The translations under genes were made by a program, and so were the position numbers. 64,000 bases of DNA. It comes from the human T2T-CHM13v2.0 reference genome, Homo sapiens. Each line of letters starts with the position of its first letter. The stretch's first letter is position 1. The stretch is from assembly GCF_009914755.1 (NCBI RefSeq), contig NC_060926.1; one strand, given 5' to 3'. This document shows positions 13,856-27,720 of this stretch, piece after piece. The notes beneath the pieces are model-generated. The model made no database searches. It was not told the origin of the DNA and was given only the letters and a program-made list of their open reading frames with translations.

Positions 13856-14709
13856 CACCATACAGAGAAAGCCTGTTTCAGTAATGCCTTAATGAGAGAG
13901 AGTTAGTCATCTTCTCACTTCCAACCCTGGGGAGGGTACTTTCAGGTGTGACCTAGAAAAGCATTTCACTGCAGGAGCACATGATACTGCTTGCTCACCT
14001 CCCCACAACTCCCAGGACACCAAAGAACCAAGACAGAGATTCCTGTACATCCCTATGTTTAAACTAACATTGACAGAAGCCTGGAAAGTATTTTCAAGAG
14101 GTGGCTGTGCGTTTTCTTTTATGGTTGTCAGAGTCTGAGGCAGCCCTCAGGGATGTTTCCTGCTAAGGAGGAAATCTGTGATTCATTTGTGCTATTGAGA
14201 TCGCTCCCTCTTCCTTCCCAACCTACTTTCCAAATCCCCCATTTTGGCCATCTGGGACTCAGAACATTGACCTCCCACTGGTTGTCTCCTCACAGTTCAC
14301 CTTGGGTCCCGTTGCTCCAAATCTGGTTGTTCTTCCCTTAAAGCATTTCTTAGCCCTCCTGTGGTTGCTCTAGACTTCTTCACTCCCTCCCCACCCCCAC
14401 CCCCAAATCCTTCTCCTAGGTTCCCACCACCACTTGCACAGATTTCCATCATAGCAGCTTAGTTGGTTCCAGCTTGCCTGCCTCCACGCTTGCACACCTA
14501 GGATCCCCAGAACCCAGAACCATGCCTAGTACCCAGGAGGTGCTCAATATGTGTCAGTGGAATCAGAGTCCCTTGCCTGTGGAAATCCTCTGTCCTCTTC
14601 CTCCCCGCCTGCTTCTTGGCCTCTGCCTTGACTCTAATCTCTCCAACTCAATCATTTTGTGTGATTATCACTCCACCCATTTTATTAGTACTGATAAATT
14701 AACTAATAT

Positions 14710-14935
14710 TGATAATAATAGCCAACACGTTTTGAGCACTTATGACATGCCAAGCACAATGCTAAGCACATTGCATGCAGAATCTCATGGAATCTTCACA
14801 ACTTTGTGAGGTAGTGCTATTATTATCCACATTCTACAAAAAGAAAACGGAGGCACAGCATGGCAACTCGCCCAAGATAACCGCAGCCAGTAAACAGCAG
14901 AGATGGGGCTAAAGTCCCAGGGTGTCAGGTTCCAC
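14710..14935 (-). mobile_element. MIR SINE
   Basis: TTGAGCACTTA..TGCCA.GCAC, CTATTATTATCC.CATT.TACA..AGAAAC.GAGGCACAG core. Confidence 0.7.
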
Positions 14936-16703
14936 TAACTTCTCCTCATCTTTGTCAAGGAATTGTCTCCCTGCCACTGTCAAATCAAATCCAAAGCTTT
15001 CTTCCTGAGCTAAACGCTCTTTGGAGCCTTCCCCCTGCCTCATGTGCCAAATAGCCACCCTTCCTCGCATGGGTCTGAAGGTGTTATGAGGATAGCAGAA
15101 GCAGTGGATCTGGGAAGACCATTATTATTATTGATCTATCTCCCAGACATAACCTTTTCATTTTCATCTCCTCATCCTGGCCCTTAGTTATCTTCCCCCT
15201 TCTATTCATCATCTTTTCAGGGACTCCAGGTGGGGGGCTTCCGCTCATCCCTTGGGACAGCACCCTGCACCTGGCACAGGGTTAGGCTCACTCTATGTCT
15301 AAGTTGTTGTTATGGTCACCACTGGGCTTACCATAAATTGTGCTGCGGATTCACAGAGCCACCGAGACGCATAGGGTAAGGCCCAAGGGCCATTTCCTCC
15401 CGTGACAACTCTTGAAAGTTATTGTCCTGGGTGACAGGAAACAGATGGCCGGGGAGCCTTGCACAGCAGCACTGTGGCCTTTTAACATCTCAGAGGTCAT
15501 ACATCCCTTCCCCAGGCTTCCGACTGTCACCCAGGACAGACTAGTATGCCTGAGAAAAAGGCAGTGAAGGCAAGTGCATCTGGTGATGAGCCTTCTGTCT
15601 CTGCAAGGCACAGGCAATCCTGACCCACAGTGGGCTGTGGACCAGAAGTGGGTTGGCAAGTTTGTGATTTATGACCAGAAATTTACTTTCCCGTGGAAAC
15701 AAGATTTTAGGAGTGGTGAAGCCTTTCCCAGAAAGGCTTTGATGGGCTTCACAAGCTCAGGAGCAGTAGAACCGGAGCACTTGCTAGAGTTCTAAGTCCT
15801 GGAGGCAAAGAAGAGGGAAATGCATTCCTCGGCTGGTGGCACAGTGGAGTATTGGAGAATGAGGGTTGGCTTGAAAGTCAGAAACACAGATGTAGGTTCA
15901 CTAACTTTGTGAAGCTGGGCAAGCCATTTCCTCTTTCTGGGACTCAATCATGTGAAACACAGTTGTGCTCGTCATCTCTCTACTTTCTGTTACAACATAT
16001 TATGATTCTGTTTGGGACCAGCCTTGAGCAAACATTCAAAGGAGGTCAAATGCGTCTGTGGCACCTTCTAATGTCCTACTTCCCACTTCTTCTAGAAGAG
16101 TCCAAGTGCCCTAAATAATCTGCCTCTCCCACAAACCTAATTGCTCTCTAAAGTTTCTCCTTCCTTTCCTTCTAATCAAAATTCTCATTCCTTCAGGGCA
16201 CGGGAAAGCAATCAAATTGAATTCCTGATGTCTCACTACTGTGTGAATAGCTTCCAAGTCCTTAACCTCACCATAATATTTGCATTTTTTAAAATAGAGA
16301 ACTCCTTTTCCAAATGAATCCCTGATTGTTGGAATTTGGGGCACTGAAATAAGAAGTAAAAAAATCCAGTTGAGGAATAAAATAGAGTACTGAGATAGTA
16401 AATAATGACTGCTCCAAGGTGACCCTTCATGGGCACACAGGTTATTTATGGGGTTTCATTAGACTCACGTTAAGGAACAAGTAAAACTGTTTTGTATCCA
16501 ACACAACTGTAAATAAGAAAAACTACTGAAATGCCTATGGCTAAGCTCTAACCATTGATTCTCCCTTTGCCAACATAAGAGTAAAGCGAGAAAGTCATGG
16601 GGTAGCATTACCCTGGCCAGGGTTACTTCTGGCAGCCCCACAGACAGGGGATGTCAGGCTGTGGTGGCTGCAGCAGCACCAAAGCTTCATAAAACTAACT
16701 GAC

Positions 16704-16952
16704 GGCCAGGCATGGTGGCTCACGCCTGTAATCCCAACACTTTGGGAGGCCGAGGCAGGCGGATCACGAGGTCAGGAGACCAACATGACCAACAGCCTGA
16801 CCAACATGGTGAAACCCCAACTCTACTAAAACTGCACAAATTAGCTGGGTGTGGTGGCACACATCTGTAATCCCAGCTACTCAGGAGGCTGAGGTGGGAG
16901 AATCGCTTGAACCAGGGAGGCAGAGGTTGCAGTGAGCCAAGATCACGCCACT
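16704..16952 (+). mobile_element. 3'-truncated (tailless) Alu with apparent 10-bp TSD
   Basis: Alu ends at GATCACGCCACT with no poly-A; flanks ACTAACTGAC (16694-16703) and ACTAACCGAC (16950-16959). Confidence 0.85.
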
Positions 16953-18942
16953 AACCGACAAGTCATGCTATTCCTTGATGTTTTTTTCCACCTGATTTTT
17001 GTTCGTTTGGTTATACATTTTCAAAACCAGGATCCGACAAGGAGAAGAGAAGGGCTTTGATTTGTGAGTGGGAGAAAAGACAATAACAAGTTCAGAAGAA
17101 TGAAAGGAAAAATTGATGATTCCATATATAACTTTCAAGCATTAGAAATTTATCCAAGAATCGAGATAATAAAAAGAGGCTTTGTGGGGTAGCTCATAAA
17201 TGAAAAGTCATCGCCAAGGTTTCAAAGTAAATTCCAAGACCTAAGTTATTAAATCCTTCACATTCACAATATTTTTAGAATGTCACAGAAAAATATTCGT
17301 TAAGAAATTCACTATGAAGTTTGAAAAATAAACACAGACAAGCTGTTTTCTCAACAGAAGGGTGTTTTCCTAAGTTATCAGAGAGCTAATTAAAATTTCA
17401 AGAACATTTATTCATAACAAATAATTTGAGTGAATTCTGATTGACAAGGACTGCTCTGTCTGGGGAGGGCTTGGGGACAGGGCTGTGAGCCATGCCAATC
17501 AGGGAGGCAAGGCAGGTACAGTGCATGTTTCTTATTTTCTGCCTCTATTTTAATTGTGTACTTGGCATTGTTTAATGGGTCCAAATCAATACACTACTAA
17601 GGAACATATTTCTAACCATTCTCTTCTTGACCCTTTCTTTGTTCCTGATATCATTTTCTCCAAGTGTCTCACAGTTTTACCTGTGTTCATCTGCCTTTTT
17701 GGGGTTTGGTTTTTTTTTTGGTTTACTTTTGGCTTTGTTTTCCTTCTGACTTGTAAACTACCTATCTTTCTTGGCAGAAAATGTATTTGTATTTGCCATT
17801 ATGATGCTCATGACAGGGAACACTGATCGCCAGGGAGAACAGCATGGTTTCTGCATTTCCTTCCGAGAGACGGTTGCAAGGCTTCTGTTTCATGTCATTG
17901 GGGTATAGTCGGAAAGAAGCCCTGGTGGTAAATAAACCATGACTAATTTCAAGGATACAAAAGTGAATAAGACATTGCGACTGATGCCCAGAAGATGCAA
18001 GAAAAGAGGGACAAAGTGCCTTGAAGTCAGCAGCACCCCAGCCAGAGTGAGGGCTCTAGCACAGTTGCCAATGTAGCAGCCCCAATTCCTGGGAGTTTTT
18101 CACACACAACCCTCTGAAGCAATGTGTCTAGCATGGATGCCTCAGGTCTGCCAGTCAAAGGAATTCCTCACCTTAACAACTATGTCAAATAGCCATCCTA
18201 AGGCTTGCATTATCTTAAAATAGAGGGATTCTCTATGTACAGAAAATAACACACTTTTATGGAGTTGTGTGGGCAAAAGTTTTCAATAGAACATGGAAGA
18301 GACTTATGTTGAAATGAATTTTCCTCCTACGGTTCCAAGGAAAGGTTTATCTGTGCCTTTCAAAGCATAAAAGACCAAACTTCCCCTCAACTGAAAAGCA
18401 TGATATCTAGTAAGTCTTTGAGTCTGGGCTTTTTCGAAAGAGGAAGCAGCTCTGAAAACATTAGTCGCTTAGGTGGCCTTCATACCTGGGCCTCCCGAAC
18501 ACATAGCAACCTTCACTTTGACCTGCCCTCTCTGGAATTATGTGGAGTTTGCATCCTAGAAAGAGCTTACGTTTGGAGTCAGATCAGCCTGCAGTTTGAC
18601 CCCGATGCTACTGCTTACTAGTTGGATAGCCTCAAGATAGCAACTCACCTCTAAGAGCCTCAGTGTTATCATCCACAAAATGGGAATGATAGATACTTTA
18701 CATGATTAGTGGAAAAATTCAATTGTTTGTTTTGTAATGAATATAAAACATTTAGTCCAGGGGCTGGTACATAATATGCACTCAATACATTTTTTGAAAA
18801 TCATAATTGTGATTATTCACTAATGATTGGATTTGGTGCTTACTGAGAGGTTTTTGAGAACCTTTTAACCCCTTGGACTAGGTGTGATTGGTCTACAGGA
18901 TATCCAAGTGGAAGTGTCAGAAAAAGATCTGGAGTTCAAAGA

Positions 18943-19332
18943 TGTTACGGAGTGAATGTTTGCGACCTCCCAAAATTCACAGGTGGCAATCCTGACCCCC
19001 AGTGTGATCACATTCGGAGATGGAGCCTTGTGGAGGTACTTAGATCATGAGGGTGGAGCAATGAATGGGATTTATGAATCGGAGTTATGAGTGGGATTAG
19101 GGCTCTTATAAAAGGGACCCCAGAGAACTCTCCTGCCAACTTTCCGCCATGTGAGGATACAACAAGAAGTTGGCAACAAGCAACCTGGAAGAAGGCTTTC
19201 ACCAGAACCCAGCTATGCTGGTGCCGTGATCTCGGGCTTCCAACCTCCAGAGCAGCCAGAAATAAATGTCTATTGTTTATAAGCCACCCAATCTACAGCA
19301 TTTTGTCCTAGCAGCCTAAACTGACTAAGACA
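18943..19332 (+). mobile_element. MLT1A-type MaLR solo LTR
   Basis: TG...CA termini (TGTTACGGAGTGAATGTTTG...ACTGACTAAGACA), AATAAAT.TCT.TTGTTTATAAGCCACCCA; 5-bp flanks AAAGA/AAAGG. Confidence 0.8.
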
Positions 19333-19572
19333 AAAGGAGAAGTGTAAACTGGAGACAGGAATGTTTAAGGTTATCAGCATGCAGATGCAGAAAGAAACGG
19401 AAATCTTGCAAGTGGGCAATACCACGGTACTAAATTGATTATCTTTGGCTCACCCTCTATCCAGAGTTTTCACCAGCCCATGTGACAGCACTTCAAATGT
19501 AACTTTCAAATTTTTAGCTCCTTAAATTATTCACACAGCACAGTTTAGGGTGACCAGTTCCCTCACTGTTAA

Positions 19573-19991
<419 letters not shown>

Positions 19992-20639
19992 GCTTCTGTT
20001 TCTTTATCTGGGAGAATAATGACATTTTGAGCTGTCACTGAGCAAATGAAATGAAGTCATCTATGTAAGAATACTTAGCATAACACCTGACATATAACAG
20101 GCTCTCCATCAATGTTGATAGTCATTTTTTCCTATGTTTGTTTTCATACAGCCTGAATCCCATCGTCATTTTTCGCAACTACATCTCAGTATAGATCCAC
20201 GTTGAGTGTGTCATCAGTTAAATCTCTTGTCTCTTTAACATGTGAATTCCGTCCCATCCTGTAAAGGAAAAGCCTTTTGAGAAGAGACTGGGGCAGTGCT
20301 TTAGTATTCTTGTGGCTATCAGTAGAGAACTCCTCAAACTGACTGCTTGCTCCTGAGACTCTTCTACGGTCTCAGCTTCCATTGATGGCACCACCATCTA
20401 CCCAGGCTCCCAGGAAAGAACACTCAGTACATAACACATATATACATTTACATATGAAGGCTTCTATACACATACAAATATATATGTCTGTTAAAGCTGA
20501 GAAGATACTACACACTAGATGCTTTGCTTTGGTAGAATATTTTTTTTATCCAGCCAAAAGGAAAAAATAAGTGTTCAAAGAGATCATCATGCCCAAGCCA
20601 AGGGATGAAGAAGTTGAGGTGGGGAGAGAAAAAAGAATC

Positions 20640-22300
20640 CAGACAGGTACCAGGATATCATTGAAATCATGAACAAAACAAGAATGCTCACATCTTTGTT
20701 GTTTTCAACACTGTTCTGAAAATTGTAGCCAAAATATGAAATATACATTATAAACCAACATAGTATTAATAAAAAAGAAAAGCACTGGTTGATAATCTTT
20801 ATGTAAGTAGAAAAACAAAGAATAAACTAAAATTAATAAATAGTAAATAAAATAACTATATATATTGTTTAAATTAATGGGATTCCTATATATAACAATA
20901 ACCAGTTAGAAGGTACCATAATAGAAATATTTCATTTGTAATAATAATAAACTATAAAATATCTGAGAATAATCAAGGAATGTTTTTGACCTATTTGAGG
21001 AGAACTATAAAAAGTTTATAGAGATATAAAAGATTTGTGAATAAATAGACAGTCATGTCATATTCCTGGAGGGAAAGATTAAGTATTAAAAATATGTCAT
21101 TCCTAAAATTAATTCACAGTTTTAATGAGATTCTGATTAAGAGATCCCAATGATTCGGTTTTGTAGGAGAGAGAAGACAAGGAGAAGGTAATTGGCGAAA
21201 CATTAAAATTAACTTGGATTAGACACAGACAAAAGATTAATAAATGTCCTTACTGTAAAAATTAAAAACTCTTTCAAAACAATACGAAAAACACTAAATG
21301 CTTTTAGAAAAATAAGGGAAAAAATAGACAATCAGAAAAATATAAATGGTTCATAAACAATTTCAAAACTTTTTCATAATAAAATATATACTGATTTTTA
21401 AAAGTCTATCATTTCTCACTTCCCAAATTGATGGATATTTTAAAATAATAAGTTTTAATTTTTTAAATGAGAGATAACTACATTTTAATAAAATGAAAAT
21501 ATTTTAAAATAATAACATACAGGGCTGGAGTGAGAGAAAAAAATGTAGGAACTCTGGTATCATTGTGGTAAGTATATAAATTGATGTGCCTTTTTTGGAA
21601 AGCAATTTGGTGATAAGTATCAAAAGCATTAATAATATTCCCAATAATTTCATTTATTAAATATATACAAAGAAAATAAAACCATGGATGAATATTTACA
21701 TACAAAAATGTTCATCTTTCAATGATGATCACAGAAACAGAATAGATAACTCTGAAATAGAGCTTTTATTATGGTTGACAATAATTTTGCAAATGACTTA
21801 TCTGTCCATTATTGAATATAGTTAATTAGATTACAGAATTTCCATATGGCTGAATATTAGCATTCATTTCAATTTAATTATTGGAATATTTTTTCAGGAT
21901 ATGTAAAAACACTGGTGGTATGGTGTTGACTGGGGGAAAAGATCAGATGGTAAGTTAAATATAAGTGCACAAAAGAAAAGATTAAAGCAAAATTACCCCC
22001 AAATTTTCATAATTACTTTTCAATTGGAAAAAATAAAAGACAGAAAGGGAGAGGAGGAGGAAGACAATGATGAAAATAAGAAGAAAGTGAGAATATCTAA
22101 GAAATTTTAAAAACATACTAGTAAGGGAGGGCGACTATTCATACCAGATATTAAAATTTATCAAAAGTTGTTGTAATTTAAATGGCATAATACTAATTTA
22201 GGCAAATAACTCATGGAAACAAAATAGATAACTCTGAAATAAGGATTGTGTTATCTAATAATTTATAATAATTTATCTTTAAGATTTGACAAATCAAAGG
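20640..22300 (+). mobile_element. Highly diverged L1 (L1M) fragments
   Basis: A-rich strand bias; degenerate ORF2-like motifs (AATAAATAGA..GTCAT..CAT.TTC.TGGA..GAAGA, GAAAGCAATTTGG, TACCAGATATTAAAA.TTAT). Confidence 0.6.
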
Positions 22301-24475
22301 AGAACAGAAGATCATTGAACCGAGAGAACTAGTAAAGAATGCGGAAATAATTCCTGATACATTATCACCCCAAACTTTAATACCCCACTTTGTCTGCCTG
22401 TGTATTTTTAAATATCCCACGCTCATAGGTTCTGCCTTTATCAGGTTCTCTGTGCTCACAGACATTTTTGTAGTCATAGACTTATCTGTTATAACATATA
22501 AGGTTATAATAATTGGCCAACTACAGGTAATTCACATTTCTAATCTTTGTTTGCTTGTCAAAAGCCACATCAGGAATGAGTCAACTTCAGTGCCTGCACC
22601 AGCCCTGTGCAGGGTTAAAAGAGAGCTTTTCTCCTCAAGGTGCTTCCTCTATCTCCCCTGGCAAAGAGACAGACATGTAAACAACACTTACAGCCCGGGA
22701 AAGATGCTCAGGAACTGGTGCTGGTCCTGGGGTCCTTCAGCATGGATTTTTCTGCTTTTGGTGTTTCCCTTACCCAAGCGAGGCTGTTGAGTGGGATGGT
22801 GCAATCAAGATCCTGCTGGCAGGGACAGACAGATATATTTGGGTTTGGAACTAATAACTTGTTTCTGTTTTTGCACTGATCAAGCAGCTCAGAGCCCAGT
22901 GTGATGGCTGCTCACCTCTGGGGGCCTCCTGCTCATCTCCCTCTGATATTTCTGTACCATTCACCTGCCCATTCCCCTCATATCAGCTGCCTCAAGGGTT
23001 CATTTATTTTTTAGAATTCAAGGGATTTCGGTAAGCTGCCTCCCACTTTTTGTGGACTGAGGGGAAAGTGAGTAGGATGATAGATAGCTCAATCAAAGAT
23101 GCCTGTGTGGGCAGTTTCCTACCTCTCTGCACCTGAGTTTCCCTCTGGGAAACATCCCTATCTTCCTCTTCAGGATTGCCATGAGGACTAGATGCCCACG
23201 CTCTGGAAACACCTGTGCTACAAAAGCAGACACTGACCATAATTAGGAGATTTTCGAATTATAGCTCACATCTTGCAGGTAGCAAATGTCTTGCCTTTGG
23301 AAGTTGAGGTTCTTAGAAGCAGGCATCTTATTAAAACCAGATACACACCGCTGCCTCTCGTGGTGTGGGCTTTCCTCCGTGTAATATTGGATTTCTCAGG
23401 TTAGCTCTGCTCCTGCTGCACCCAGGGATGAAACTGACTTTCTGCCAAGGAGAGCTGCTATGTATGAGACAGCCGCATTCCAGCAATTAAGTAGCTGTGG
23501 TACCGATGGTATGAATGGGGAGTGTTATTCCTGGACAGCCCATCAACTAGACTCAGACAGACCCTCTTTCTTCATCTCCTTTTTGGCTTATAAACTTCCT
23601 AAGCACAGTTCCCTCACCTGTGTATTTTTATTCTAGACTTCCCTTTCCTTGTGCACGTTCAGTACTCATTCATCCAAGGGGAAAGGGAACTATTTATTGA
23701 GCGCTTACTATAGACTTATAAAAACGTATCAGGTCCTTGACCTACATTGTTTCATTTTATCCCCACAACAACATTGTGAAGCGTCATTGGCACTTTTCTG
23801 CCTTTGGTGTTTCTCTTACCCTGGTTTCACTGATGAGGACCTTGTCATAAAAAGAGGTTTTAACTCGGCCTGATCTCATCAGTAGGAATTGGCTGAGCTG
23901 ATGCACTTTCGCCTCCAACTGAAGTAAACAGAATGAGTACAGCACTGCGTCAGGCTGAAGACGTGCCCTGTCTAGTTGGAAGGCAAACAATTTAAACATG
24001 TAATTATAGTAACATGTGATGAATGCGGTAACAGAGGTTTACGTGGGGTAGCTTGGAAGTGGGGAGAGGGGCACAGCCTTCTTATGGGAGAGCTGCTGAC
24101 TCAGCTCTTCAGAGGGCGGACCACCACACTGAGCCTTAAGGTATGAGTGGGTGCCCACCAGGCAGAGGGTGGGGAAGGGAAGACTGAGGCTGAAGACAGG
24201 GTGTGCAAAGGAGCCCGCGTGGTGAGGAGCAGGAAGCAGCTGTGGGAGGCACGCATGCGTGCATGGTTGTAGGCAGGTCACCAGGATGCAATGGTAGTTG
24301 GGCCAGGTTGAAAGGGGCCATAGATTCCTAAGATTATGGACACTTGGTCCCACTTCCCAATTCTTCTAACTCCCCTAGCCAGGGCTCAAACTTGTATTCC
24401 AGGTTGCTGCTACAGTTTCCATCTTCTCCCTTTACTTCTGGCCAGACTCTGGTGTTGTGGATGAGAAAGGGAAGT

Positions 24476-24566
24476 GTCTGTATCCACACCACCCTGAATG
24501 CACCCGATCTCATCTGATCTTGGAAGCTAAGGAGGGTTCGGCCTGAGTTAGTATCTGAGTGGGAGA
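24476..24566 (+). pseudogene. 5S rRNA pseudogene, 3'-truncated at about nt 90
   Basis: GTCTGTATCCACACCACCCTGAATGCACCCGATCTCATCTGATCTTGGAAGCTAAGGAGGGTTCGGCCTGAGTTAGTATCTGAGTGGGAGA aligns by eye to human 5S GTCTACGGCCATACCACCCTGAACGCGCCCGATCTCGTCTGATCTCGGAAGCTAAGCAGGGTCGGGCCTGGTTAGTACTTGGATGGGAGA. Confidence 0.92.
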
Positions 24567-25628
24567 AACAGAAGAGATGGAAAAGTCTTCTGTTTCATAG
24601 TGTCACCCCTAAGAACCCAGAGCAAACACCACAGATATCACTACTAAAAATTATATTCCTTTGAGTCAATGAGCCATCCTCAGTTAAGACACAAATGAAG
24701 TGAAAGAAGTTGCTCACTAACTTATTAGGTGCCAGCATATTAAATAGCTTATTAAATATTACAGCTATTAAATACTAAGCTTATTCAATAGTTTATTAAA
24801 CAGCTTCTTAAATAGGATATAAGGCAGTGCCATGTAGTGGATAAAAGTAATAATCATTATAATATTAAGAACTAATACATACTGAACACTTTCAATGGCA
24901 CTTTACATGCACGGTCCCTTTAATCCTGAAAAAATGCTATTGCCATCTTTATTTCAGAGACCAGGGTGCTAAGGCTTGAGAGTGAAGCCACTTTCCCCAA
25001 GCTCACACAGCAAAGACACGGGGACACCAGGACTCCATCTACTGCAGGTTGTCTGACTGGGAACCCCCATGCACCTGGCAGGTGACAGAAATAGGAGGCA
25101 TGTGCTGGGTTTGGAAGAGACACCTGGTGGGAGAGGGCCCTGTGGAGCCAGATGGGGCTGAAAACAAATGTTGAATGCGAGAAAAGTCGAGTTCCAGGGG
25201 CATTACATGCAGCAGGATATGCTTTTTAGAAAAAGTCCAAAAACACTAAACTTCAACAATATGTTCTTTTGGCTTGCATTTGTGTATAACCATAATTAAA
25301 AAGCAAGGGGACAACACACAGTAGATTCAGGATAGGGGTCCCCTCTAGAAAGAAGGAGAAGGGGCAGGAGACAGGATGGGGAGGAGCACATAAGTAGATG
25401 TAAATTGCTGCTAATTTTTCTAGTCCTTGGTTTGAATGATAGGTTCATCAAGGGTCCATTACAAAAACATGTGTTAAGTTTTTTAAAAATATAATAAAGG
25501 AGCCAGGTGTAGTTTGTCTTGAACCACAGTTATGAAAAAAATTCCAACTTTGTGCATCCAAGGACCAGATTTTTTTTAAAATAAAGGATAAAAGGAATAA
25601 GAAATGAACAGCCAAGTATTCACTATCA

Positions 25629-25884
<256 letters not shown>

Positions 25885-25899
25885 CAGTGTATATATAGT

Positions 25900-27720
25900 A
25901 TATAGCTGAAGCTCCCTGTGTACCCATCCCCAATTCCATTTCCCTTTTTTGTCCCAGAGAACACCCCATTCCTGACTAGTGTTTTATGTTCCTTTGCTTC
26001 TCTTTTTAAAAACTTCAATGCACACATATGCATCCATGAACAACAGATAGTGGTTTTTGCATGACCTGAAACATTAATGAAATTGTATGATTCTATGCAT
26101 AATAGCCTACTTCTGGCTTTATTCACTCAACACCATATTTTGGCATAGGTAGCACCACTTCCCTCATTTTTCTCATCTGTAGAGTATGTATTTTTTGTAA
26201 CTTTCATTTTAGGTTCGGGGGTACATGTGAAGGTTTGTTATATAGGTAAACTAGTGTCATGGAGGTCTGTTGTACAGATGATTTCATCACCCAGGTGTTA
26301 AGTCTAGTAACCAATAGTTCTTGCTTTTTGTTCCTCTCCTTCCTCCCACCCTCCACCCTCAACTAGACCCCAGTGTGGTATATATTTTATATGAATGTGG
26401 CACATTTATCCATTTACTCGGTGAAGGACATTTAGTTGTTTATAAATTTTTGCTGCTACAAATAATGTTGCCATCAACATTCTTAAGACTTATCTCCCTA
26501 TGCACATGTGCAAGAGTTTCTCTAGATCACGCCTTGAAATAGAATGGAAGGAGATAGGTCATAGGACATGCACATCTTCAGCTTCACTAAGCAATGCCAA
26601 ACTGTTTCCCAAAGTATTTGTGCCAGCCTGCACGCCCATCAGCATTTTATGAGAGCTCCCATTGCTCTACATCCTCACCAACCCTACCATCCAACTTTTT
26701 ATTCTTGCCATTTTGGTGGGTATGGAGTGTTAGTGTGGTTTGGCATTTCTCTAATTACTAATGAGATGCAACATGTTTTCTTGCGTTTATAGGGCATTCA
26801 TGTAGCCTCTTGTAAAAGACATTTTTGTAGCTCTTGCCAAGTTTTTTTCTATTGGAATGTTTGTCTTTGTTATCGATGCACAGCCATTAGTTCTATATTC
26901 TGGATGTGCTTTCATGGGTTTTTGTGTATAGGAAATATCTTTTCACTCACTTTTGTATTTTTAGTTGAACGAAAGTTTTAAATTTTGCTAGTGCTAAACT
27001 TAGTTTTTTTCATTTTTCAGTTTGTGCTTCTGACGTCTTGTTTAAAGAACTCTTCCTGACTTTGTGGTGATATATATGCAATCTCTATTGCAACTTCTGT
27101 ATATGTCAGGCTTCCAAATTTCCTGGCTATTTACTGTGTTGTTATTCTGTTGGTCTCTGTGCCAAAACCATATTAACCACTGTAACTCCATAACAATGTC
27201 CACTAGGGCAAGTCCTCTTCGCTTAGTTGTTGCCATTGCTATGTTACTGTTGTCCTCTTCTCTTCTCTGTTCTCCTTTTTCTGCCCTCCTTCCCCTTCCA
27301 CCTCTCCCTCTCCTCCTCCTTATTCTTCTTATCTTCTTTCTTCTCCTGGAATATCTAAGCTTTTTTTTACTATTGCTCTATAAGTTATACATTTTAGAAT
27401 CACCTTGTCAATTTCCATGGAAAACCTTATTTAGATTTTGATTTCAATCATATCTCTCAATTATTGAATTTATCAATCATGTTGTAAAGAATTCACATGT
27501 TTGTGACAAGGAATCCTTCCACAATGGAACATGGCATGTCTCTCCCATTTATTTAGAACTTCTTTAACATCTTTCTATAAAGTTTTATTATTTTTCACAT
27601 AAAGATCTTGCATATCTTTTGTCAGATTTATCCGTAAGTTTTTGTTCTTTTGAACACAGTATCTTTTTTGAATATTATCTTTCATGACTTTTTATTGCTA
27701 GTCTATAGAAATGCTCCATT
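25900..27720 (-). mobile_element. Antisense L1 fragments, including an L1PA-like 3' end at ~26190-26377
   Basis: GGGGTACATGTG.AGGTTTGTTA.ATAGGTAAAC...CCTCCCACCCTCCACCCTCAA..AG.CCCCAGTGTG is an L1PA 3' end; flanking T-rich L1M-like motifs (TGCCAAACTGTTT.CCAAAGT, CTCCCATTTATTTAG). Confidence 0.7.

Noticed and set aside
27064-27441. 125-aa hydrophobic ORF resembling a membrane protein
   Set aside because: Translation of T/C-rich antisense L1 and low-complexity pyrimidine sequence
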